The position numbers and the translations under genes were made by a program. Below, in pieces: positions 1 through 6,219 of a DNA stretch of 17,908 bases. The DNA comes from Gemmatimonadales bacterium. Lineage in GTDB: Bacteria; Gemmatimonadota; Gemmatimonadetes; Gemmatimonadales; GWC2-71-9. The number at the start of each line of letters is the position of its first letter. The first letter of the stretch is position 1. A model generated the notes under the pieces. The model saw only the letters and a program-made list of their open reading frames with translations. It searched no databases and was not told the origin of the DNA. The stretch lies in the NCBI GenBank assembly GCA_039794085.1, contig JBDIWC010000068.1, positions 1 through 17,908 on the forward strand, written 5' to 3'.

Positions 1-45
1 GGTGAACTCGAGTCGCTGCGCGCCGTGACGGGGCAGGGCCTCTGA
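1..45 (+). CDS. possible 3' end of a gene entering from the left edge (…GELESLRAVTGQGL*)
   Basis: Frame 1 is open from position 1 to TGA at 43-45 with mostly G/C-ending codons; too short to identify. Confidence 0.4.
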   Translation, partial: GELESLRAVTGQGL

Positions 46-57
46 ACCCACCCGAAC

Positions 58-198
58 GAGACCGCGGAGGGAGGCACACCGGACCACGAAGGCCAGGTGT
101 CGGGCCGCATCTGGTCTTGGGAGTAGGCCCCGCAGACCGCGAGCGTGCCCGGGCAGTATCTGTGGCTCCGAGTGTGTAAGCCTCTTTGGTTCCGGCTC
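58..198. ncRNA. rod-shaped imperfect inverted repeat, candidate structured RNA (6S-like shape, unconfirmed)
   Basis: Nested pairings: GGGAGGC 69-75/GCCTCTT 180-186, ACAC 76-79/GTGT 172-175, CGGA 80-83/TCCG 167-170, CCACG 84-88/TGTGG 161-165, CGGGC 101-105/GCCCG 147-151, GGTCT 113-117/AGACC 134-138. Confidence 0.35.
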
Positions 199-206
199 TG
201 CCGGCT

Positions 207-317
207 TAGGACATAGGACATAGGACATAGGACATAGGACCCAGGACTTGGAATTTGGGACACAGGACATCCTGCCAAGCCCCCCAATACCCAGCACCCA
301 ACCCCGAACCCCCAGCA
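207..317. repeat. heptamer tandem array (TAGGACA x4 plus degenerate copies to 269; C-rich CCCAGCA-like heptamers 283-317)
   Basis: Direct reading. The same TAGGACA unit recurs at 14967-15015. Confidence 0.9.
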
Positions 318-333
318 CCGCCCCGTGGGGAAA

Positions 334-416
334 TGTGGATCAACATTTCCACATTCTGTGTTCAGGCGATTCAATCTGCTGTCCCCCACCACGTTTTCAC
401 CCACAAACAATCCACA
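334..416. promoter_or_regulatory. cluster of DnaA-box-like 9-mers
   Basis: TGTGGATCA 334-342 (reverse strand, 1 mismatch to TTATCCACA), ATTTCCACA 345-353 (1 mismatch to TTWTNCACA), TCACCCACA 397-405 and CAATCCACA 408-416 (2 mismatches each), in a locally AT-richer tract. Confidence 0.4.
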
Positions 417-449
417 CGAAAACGTCGTAACCCGAATAAAATCAGGCAC

Positions 450-477
450 TTGCGCGATTTTTCCAGAGTGGTATCTT
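450..477 (+). promoter_or_regulatory. sigma70-type promoter with extended -10
   Basis: -35 TTGCGC 450-455, 16-nt spacer, TGn-TATCTT (TG 469-470, -10 at 472-477), A-rich tract upstream. Predicted start near 482-485. Confidence 0.6.
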
Positions 478-481
478 GTTG

Positions 482-900
482 CTGTCGGCACGGTGCCAAA
501 GGCCTTCTCAGGGGACGAGGCATCACCGCTGACAGGTTCGGGCTGGAGCGCAGGGGAAGGATCGGGAGTGCAAACACCCATCCTGTTGATCCTGATGATC
601 ATGCCATCCCGGGCAGGTGGAGCCAGTCGCGCGCTCCATCCACCCCGACGCGGCGCCTCGGGGTGCAGTGCGAAAGGTCGGTCCGCGACCCGATCCGAAT
701 CGCAGCGCCCGCACGAATGAACCAGGCGGGATGGCCATCCGGCCTGGGGATGGAAGCTGAGGCCTCGTCCTGCCCTCCCGATCGGCGAAACAGCCAAACG
801 GTGGCAGGCGGGAGAAGAACGGTGGCGAAAGCGCTGACCTCGGGTAATTCGTGTGCGGGACGGCCGTCGCAGCCCAGTGCTGGACGGCCGTTCCTGTTTT
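482..900 (+). ncRNA. candidate large structured ncRNA or leader (~415 nt), family unrecognised
   Basis: Bounded by a promoter and a terminator. Helices 482-489/528-535, 544-551/631-638, 558-563/588-593, 641-648/658-665, 669-673/700-704, 676-680/686-690, 708-718/847-859, 722-727/742-747, 775-780/809-814. Overlapping ORFs look non-proteinaceous. Confidence 0.55.
857..900 (+). terminator. intrinsic (Rho-independent) terminator
   Basis: GGGACGGCCGTC 857-868 pairs with GACGGCCGTTCC 883-894, inner CAGC/GCTG, followed by TGTTTT 895-900. Confidence 0.75.
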
Positions 901-995
901 CCGAACCTCCAGATCCCCCTCCTCCATTCACCGCAGGGGCCTCCCTGTCGGTCGCATGGCTGTCACCCGGCCCGGTCCCTGTCTAGCTTCCCCTC

Positions 996-1403
996 ATGGC
1001 GATTGATCGCGTAACCATCGTATCCGCTGACGTGACGACCATCGAGCGCCTCAGCCGAGCCCTCCGGGCGGCCGGATTCGGCGTGGCACCAGCGGTGCCA
1101 CACGTCCGGGATCTTCCGGACCCTGGCCAGCACCCCGACGGAAACTGGGTTCTCCTCGAACGCCGACCCGGTGATGGTTCTGACCTCGTTTCGGTTCAGG
1201 ATCCCGGGGCGGGGTGGTCCTCTGAGGGGAGTGGCATGTTCGCGCCGGTCACGCTCGAGGAGATCGAGCGAAGACACGTCGCGGCCACCCTGCGTCACAC
1301 CGGAGGGAACAAGCGCCAGGCGGCACGCCTGCTCGGCATTGCCCGATCGACGCTCCAGCAGAAAGTGCGGCGATACGGTCTCGATCGTGGGGTCACGGAG
1401 TGA
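996..1403 (+). CDS. small Fis-family helix-turn-helix (HTH_8) protein
   Basis: C-terminus TLEEIERRHVAATLRHTGGNKRQAARLLGIARSTLQQKVRRYG is the Fis/NtrC-type HTH; no AAA+ domain in 135 aa. Confidence 0.85.
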   Translation: MAIDRVTIVSADVTTIERLSRALRAAGFGVAPAVPHVRDLPDPGQHPDGNWVLLERRPGDGSDLVSVQDPGAGWSSEGSGMFAPVTLEEIERRHVAATLRHTGGNKRQAARLLGIARSTLQQKVRRYGLDRGVTE

Positions 1404-2485
1404 TTCTCCTGGTGCTGCTCGCGGGCATCGGAGCGGGGTGGTCTGATCAGGCCAGGCCGGATCGGCCTTCGCAGGATACCCTTCCTCCGCTCCAGGTTCT
1501 CGGCGGAACGCTCTCGTTTGATGCCAGGGCCACCGCAGGGAGGTTTACCGGCACCACGTCAACCATCCACGGATGGGTCGATGGAGGTTCCCTGTCGGGC
1601 GCCCGGGGTTGGGTGGAAGCGCCCGCAGCCAGCCTCATCACCGGGAACGGTCGCCGGGACCGGGACATGTACAAGTCCCTCGAATCGGACCGTTTCCCCA
1701 CCATCCGGTTCGACCTCGACAGCGCCCGGGACCTGACCCACAGGGGGGATTCCCTTCTGGTGCGCCTCGAGGGGAGATTCACCCTGCACGGGGTGGTCAG
1801 GCCGGTGAGCATTCCCGCGGCCCTTCTCCGATCCGGCGACACGGTGGCTCTCTCCTCGACCTTCGATCTCAACGTGAAGGACTACCAGATCGGGGGCCTG
1901 AGCAAGTTCCTGGGACTGTTCCGCATGGAAGAGGTGATCGGGATCCGGGTGGATGTCCTCTTCGGTCCGGTTTCCCCGCCGGTCTCACCGGGGCACGATG
2001 CGGACACGGCCGTAACGGGATACCACCACGTCGCGCCGGACCAGGTTCCGGGAAAACCGCCAGGTGCCATTGATGACGCCCAGGGGGAGTCCCGAGGGTG
2101 CGAGGCGGATGACCGTGGACGGGGCGGACAGGGTCACCCCCGAGAGCGTGGGACCCGGCTGTCTCCAGACCACGACCGGTCCACTGTTCTCCAGGGCGAT
2201 AACCTGGAATTGAGCAGGGTCGAGACGAAGTTCGGTGGGAATCTGGCGGGCAAACGCGATCGCCCTCGCCTGCCGGAACGCGATCGCCATGGCGTTGCTG
2301 GCAGAGGCCACCCGCGCCCGGTCCCGCAGGGACGTGATGCGCGGAGGGACAGTCAGCACGAGCAGCCCCAGGATCACGAGGACCACGAGCATTTCGATGA
2401 GGGTGATTCCCCGGGGCGGCATGAGAGAAGAATGCCCCTCACGAGGGTGGACACGCGGCGTCTTTCCACGCGGGCCGGGGCCTGA
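1400..2485 (+). CDS. YceI-family (polyisoprenoid-binding) exported protein; the domain ends near 1970 but the frame stays open to 2485
   Basis: Signal-like N-terminus; motifs SLITGNGRRDRDM…LESDRFPTIRF and LEGRFTLHGVVRPV. GTG start overlaps the upstream stop (GTGA). Confidence 0.85.
   Translation: MILLVLLAGIGAGWSDQARPDRPSQDTLPPLQVLGGTLSFDARATAGRFTGTTSTIHGWVDGGSLSGARGWVEAPAASLITGNGRRDRDMYKSLESDRFPTIRFDLDSARDLTHRGDSLLVRLEGRFTLHGVVRPVSIPAALLRSGDTVALSSTFDLNVKDYQIGGLSKFLGLFRMEEVIGIRVDVLFGPVSPPVSPGHDADTAVTGYHHVAPDQVPGKPPGAIDDAQGESRGCEADDRGRGGQGHPRERGTRLSPDHDRSTVLQGDNLELSRVETKFGGNLAGKRDRPRLPERDRHGVAGRGHPRPVPQGRDARRDSQHEQPQDHEDHEHFDEGDSPGRHERRMPLTRVDTRRLSTRAGA
1985..2422 (-). CDS. GspH/FimT-type pseudopilin with prepilin N-terminal methylation motif
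   Basis: MPPRG|ITLIEMLVVLVILGLLVL (class III signal, Glu at +5); C-terminal VVVSRYGRVR typical of GspH/FimT. Start reassigned to ATG 2422, with GAGGGG upstream. Confidence 0.85.
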   Translation of the reverse strand: MPPRGITLIEMLVVLVILGLLVLTVPPRITSLRDRARVASASNAMAIAFRQARAIAFARQIPTELRLDPAQFQVIALENSGPVVVWRQPGPTLSGVTLSAPSTVIRLAPSGLPLGVINGTWRFSRNLVRRDVVVSRYGRVRIVPR

Positions 2486-2542
2486 ATGCGCGGGCACTCC
2501 CCAGGCGTGGACCGATCGGCGTCACTGGGCCGGTATGAGGCG

Positions 2543-3106
2543 ATGCCCCCCCTCACCCTCCGCGATCTGACCGCCCTGGCGGCGGCGGTCGTGGAGGCCG
2601 GACGTCCGGGGGAAGGTCGGGGGGGAGCACCTCCCTCGGAACGCTCCATCCGGTTCTACATTTCCCGGGGCTGCGTCGACAAGCCGACGGGCCGGGGAGC
2701 GACCGCCTCCTACGGCTACCGTCACCTGCTTCAGGTGCTCTTTGTGCGCGCCAGCCAGGACGCCGGCCGGAGTCTGGATGACGTGGCCCGCGCTGCCGGT
2801 GGATCGGACGAGGTCCTGCTGGCCGTGGTGGATCCGTGGCTCGGAGGACGGGCGCCCGCCCCGGGGGATCTTCTCCCGGCGCTGGGGTCCGGTGCGGCCC
2901 GGCCCGCGCCGGACGAGACGGCACCAGCCGAGGCCCCTGGCCTGGTGCGAAAGATCGTGATCGAGGATGGGTGCGAGATGCTGGTGGACGTGACTCATCC
3001 GGTGTTCCGCCTCTCGGCGGCTCGGCGGGCGCAGGTGAGGGCGGAGGTGGCGGCGGCGATTCACCGCGTGATGGCCGCGGAAGGTTCTCACTCCCCGAAG
3101 GTCTGA
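2543..3106 (+). CDS. MerR-like helix-turn-helix transcriptional regulator
   Basis: LTLRDL…SERSIRFYISRGCVDKP…ASYGYRHLLQVLFVRASQDAGRSLDDVA matches the MerR HTH pattern. Start at 2543 or 2486. Confidence 0.75.
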   Translation: MPPLTLRDLTALAAAVVEAGRPGEGRGGAPPSERSIRFYISRGCVDKPTGRGATASYGYRHLLQVLFVRASQDAGRSLDDVARAAGGSDEVLLAVVDPWLGGRAPAPGDLLPALGSGAARPAPDETAPAEAPGLVRKIVIEDGCEMLVDVTHPVFRLSAARRAQVRAEVAAAIHRVMAAEGSHSPKV

Positions 3107-3131
3107 TTTACCCCTGATCCCGGAGGTTCCC

Positions 3132-3701
3132 GTGGGACTCATGCTCTTTCTGGTCGTGGTGGTAGCGGTGCTGTTCTGGGGGGTGGTGATCTACAACGCC
3201 CTGATTGCCCTCCGGAATCAGGTGGCCAATGCGTGGAAGCAGATCGACGTGCAACTCAAGAGGCGCCACGACCTCATCCCCAACCTGGTCAACACGGTGA
3301 AGGGGGCGATGGACTTCGAACGAGGGACCCTGGAGGCCGTGATTGCCGCCCGCAGCCGGGCGATGACCGCCACCACGGTGCCGGAAACGGCCGCGGCCGA
3401 AGGGATGCTGACCCAGGCTCTGGGACGTCTCTTCGCCCTGGCCGAAGCCTATCCCCAGCTGACGGCCACGACCAACATCGGGAGTTTGCAGGAGGAGTTG
3501 GCCAGCACCGAGAACAAGATCGCGTTCGCCCGGCAACTCTACAACGACGTCGCCACCCAGTACAACATCCGTCAGGCTCAGTTTCCCGCCAACCTCGTGG
3601 CCGGTCTTGCCAAGGCCGTGCCGGCGGAACTCTGGGAAATCGAGGACCCCGGGGAAAGGGCCACTCCGGTGGTCGATCTGTCGTCGCCGCCGCGGCAGTG
3701 A
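3132..3701 (+). CDS. lemA: LemA family protein
   Basis: N-terminal TM helix; YNAL…AWKQIDVQLKRRHDLIPNLV; AEAYPQL; ENKIAFARQLYND. GGAGG RBS at 3122-3126. Confidence 0.95.
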   Translation: MGLMLFLVVVVAVLFWGVVIYNALIALRNQVANAWKQIDVQLKRRHDLIPNLVNTVKGAMDFERGTLEAVIAARSRAMTATTVPETAAAEGMLTQALGRLFALAEAYPQLTATTNIGSLQEELASTENKIAFARQLYNDVATQYNIRQAQFPANLVAGLAKAVPAELWEIEDPGERATPVVDLSSPPRQ

Positions 3702-4684
3702 ACGGCGCCGATCTCTTCTCCCAACAGGCCTCCAACCGTCGTCGGTCCGCGTGGCTGACGGCGGGGTTCGTGGTGTTCTTCGCCTGGATCGGTCTCGGGG
3801 GAGACCTGGTCCGGTTTCTCATGGCCCCGGGCGGGGGGTTCCCTGTTCCCTGGCTCGGAATGCTGACCGCGACGGTGGCCGGGGGAATCGCCTGGTATGC
3901 CTGGCGCCGTGGGCCGGAAAGGGTCCTGGGGGCGACGGGAGCGTACGAACTCCTCCACCCCGGCACCCCATCGGAGGTGCAACTTGCCAACGTGGTCGAG
4001 GAGATGGCGATCGCCTCGGGCACGCCCCGGCCGCGGATCTGGATCGTCCCCGAGGACGATCCGAACGCCTTCGCCACGGGCCGCGATCCCGCCGGTGCCA
4101 GCGTCGCGGTAACCCGGGGACTCCTCGATCTGCTGGATCGGGACGAGCTCCAGGGAGTCGTGGCCCATGAGATGGCCCACATCCGGAATCTCGATGTGCG
4201 TCTGATGACCCTGCTGGCGGCGATGGTGGGTGCGCTGGCGCTGATGTCGGACACGCTCCGGCAGCTGTTGCGGGGCGGGGGCCGACTCGGGCGTGGGGGG
4301 GGAGGACGTGGCGGCAAGGGATCGCCGCTCACACTTGTGGTGATGGCCCTCTGGTTGCTGAGTCTTCTGGTCGCTCCCCTGGTGGGACGGGTACTGGCGC
4401 TGGCGGTGAGCCGGAAGCGGGAGTACCTGGCGGACGCCACTGCGGCCCAGTTCACCCGGGATCCGCTGGCGCTGGCGCGGGCGCTGGCCAAGCTGGAGGA
4501 GAGAGCCGAGCCGACCCGGACGATCAGTCGGGGGGCCGCGCACCTCTGCATCGTGGATCCGGGGTCGCGGCGGCTCAGCGATCGCGAGGGTCGACTTGGA
4601 GATATTTTCGCGTCTCATCCGCCGCTCCGCGTTCGGGTGGCACGGCTGAAGGCGATGGGATATTCGGGGAAGTTTGAAGTTTGA
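3698..4684 (+). CDS. htpX: HtpX-like M48 zinc metalloprotease
   Basis: PNAFATG, VVAHEMAH (HExxH), SRKREYLAD, FASHPP. GTG start at 3698 overlaps the lemA stop (GTGA); the lemA-htpX pairing is well known. Confidence 0.92.
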   Translation: MNGADLFSQQASNRRRSAWLTAGFVVFFAWIGLGGDLVRFLMAPGGGFPVPWLGMLTATVAGGIAWYAWRRGPERVLGATGAYELLHPGTPSEVQLANVVEEMAIASGTPRPRIWIVPEDDPNAFATGRDPAGASVAVTRGLLDLLDRDELQGVVAHEMAHIRNLDVRLMTLLAAMVGALALMSDTLRQLLRGGGRLGRGGGGRGGKGSPLTLVVMALWLLSLLVAPLVGRVLALAVSRKREYLADATAAQFTRDPLALARALAKLEERAEPTRTISRGAAHLCIVDPGSRRLSDREGRLGDIFASHPPLRVRVARLKAMGYSGKFEV

Positions 4685-4824
4685 AGTTTGAAGTTTGAAG
4701 TCTGAACTGTGAAGTGTGAAGTGTGAAGGTGGAAGTGGGAAGTGGGAAGTGGGAAGTAATCACCCTTCAAACTTTTCACTTCTCTCCTCTCACTTCTCTC
4801 CTCTCACTTCTCTCCTCTCACTTC
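4669..4824. repeat. inverted heptamer arrays between convergent genes: GAAGTNN-like x13 (4669-4759) and TCACTTCTCTCCTC x3+ (4776-4824)
   Basis: Direct reading; GAAGTG in the left arm is complementary to CACTTC in the right arm. Confidence 0.9.
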
Positions 4825-5117
4825 TTCCCCACCGTTTCCTCCTTGAGCACCTTCTTGGCAAACCAGAACACCAGCAAGGCCACGATCAGAAAGTCGATGG
4901 CGGCGCCGATGAAGGGGCCGATCGTGAGCTCGATGGGTCCGACCGGGATAATGGCTTCTCGCCAGTTCCCGTCGGGGACGAAGAAGGTGATGACGGGCAT
5001 GAGGACGCCGTCGACCAGAGAGGAAACCAGGGCGTTGAGCTTGCCCCCGATGATGACCGCAATGGCGAGTCCGACCACACCGTAGTTCTTGAGGAAGTCA
5101 AAAAACTCACGTCGCAT
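4818..5117 (-). CDS. mscL: large-conductance mechanosensitive channel (short form)
   Basis: MRREFFDFLKNYGVVGLAIAVIIGG…LVSSLVDGVLMP…GPFIGAAIDFLIVALLVF; AAGAGG RBS upstream of ATG 5117. Confidence 0.92.
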   Translation of the reverse strand: MRREFFDFLKNYGVVGLAIAVIIGGKLNALVSSLVDGVLMPVITFFVPDGNWREAIIPVGPIELTIGPFIGAAIDFLIVALLVFWFAKKVLKEETVGKK

Positions 5118-5157
5118 GACAGGCCTCTTGGCAAGGGGCGAGGTACTCGTGTGGATG

Positions 5158-6219
5158 TCAGGCGCGCATGGCGCCGGCGATGTCCTGCACCACCGTCGCC
5201 GGGTCAAAAGGTTGCAGGATCACCATGCGGCTCAGGTCGCGGACGGCCTCGGCCTGGTCGGCGGTGCTGGCCAGGGCGATCACCGTGGCGCGGCAGGTGT
5301 CGGGCGGTCGCCACCCCGCCGGGTCGAGAAGAACGGCCGCGGGGAGCACGATAAGATCGTGCGGGTGGCAGGCGGTCCCGGGCAACCGGCCGGGTTCGGT
5401 CGTGGTGGTGACCGCGTATCCCGCATGCCGAAGGAGGAGTCCGAGCACCCGTTCCACCTGGGGGTCCGGGGTGTGGATGGTGGCCGTTCCCAACAGGGCT
5501 CGTGGGCCGGGGGCACCGTCGCCCTGCCACAGGTCGATCATGGGGAGCCCGTCGAGATACTCGGTGCGGTCCGTGGTGCGGAGGGTACCGGCGCGGCGAA
5601 GGATGCCCCGCACCCGGTGGAGGGCCTCCCGCGTGGCTCCCAGTCCCTCACGCACGGCGGGCGGGAGGTCCGGTTCATCCATCATCAGGTCCACCTCGGC
5701 CATCGCCGCCATGAGGGGGTTGTTGATCTCGTGATGGATGCTGACCGTCATCTCGCCGATGGCCGCGAGCCGCTCCGCCCGGAGTACGTCGGCCTCGGCA
5801 GCCGCGAAGGCGGCCCGAAGGGACCGGCGCCGCCGGGCCCGTTCGAGAACCTCGGGCAGGAGATCGCGGAGGGAGGGATCCTTCCGCAAATAATCCTCGG
5901 CGCCCTGGCGCAGCGCCGTGGCCGCGAGCGCCTCGTTTCCATGGGCTGTGATGAGAATGACCACGGGTTGGGTCGGTGCCGAGAGAAGGCGGGGGAGGAG
6001 CTCCAACCCCGTGGCGTCAGGCAACTGCTGGTCGAGCAGGATGAAGTGGGACCGGGGGGCTTCCCGCAGGGCCTCCGCGCCGGTGGTGACATGACGGACG
6101 GACCGGTAGCCGGCATGGGCCAGGATGCGGAGCAGGAGGCGGGCGATGGTCTGATCGTCGTCGACCACCAGGACGCGGAGATCCTCGGCGTCGGCCTGGA
6201 GGTTCGACGGGAGGGTCAG
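5158..6219 (-). CDS. receiver + HisKA (DHp) + degenerate receiver protein with no HATPase domain
   Basis: RVLVVDDD…ILLDQQLPDATG…ILITAHG…YLRK receiver; IHHEINNPL H-box; C-terminal receiver-like fold ending ILQPFDP. The start codon is uncertain (CTG at 6219 proposed). Confidence 0.8.
   Translation of the reverse strand: MTLPSNLQADAEDLRVLVVDDDQTIARLLLRILAHAGYRSVRHVTTGAEALREAPRSHFILLDQQLPDATGLELLPRLLSAPTQPVVILITAHGNEALAATALRQGAEDYLRKDPSLRDLLPEVLERARRRRSLRAAFAAAEADVLRAERLAAIGEMTVSIHHEINNPLMAAMAEVDLMMDEPDLPPAVREGLGATREALHRVRGILRRAGTLRTTDRTEYLDGLPMIDLWQGDGAPGPRALLGTATIHTPDPQVERVLGLLLRHAGYAVTTTTEPGRLPGTACHPHDLIVLPAAVLLDPAGWRPPDTCRATVIALASTADQAEAVRDLSRMVILQPFDPATVVQDIAGAMRA

Noticed and set aside
325..338. 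GTGG repeats at 10-bp spacing as MraZ boxes
   Set aside because: Only two copies, and no mraZ/dcw genes in the window.
592..794. Hammerhead-like words CTGATGA (592-598) and GAAAC (787-791)
   Set aside because: Stems I and II flanking the core cannot be formed.
815..868. T-box-like GGTGG before the terminator
   Set aside because: The bulge reads TGGCGAA, not TGGNACC; the second antiterminator helix is missing; no amino-acid gene lies downstream.
482..900. RNase P RNA, tmRNA, SRP RNA, cobalamin or c-di-GMP riboswitch, or group II intron as the identity of the RNA
   Set aside because: I did not find their signature sequences by eye on either strand. A few short words recall the raiA motif RNA as I remember it, but not convincingly enough to call.
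255..986. 243-aa ORF and other ORFs over the first kilobase
   Set aside because: No recognisable domain or RBS, Arg/Pro/Ser-rich, and the ORF runs through repeats, a promoter and a terminator.
3233..3697. Long N-terminal extension of HtpX
   Set aside because: Out-of-frame overlap with lemA; GTG 3698 gives the standard coupled start.
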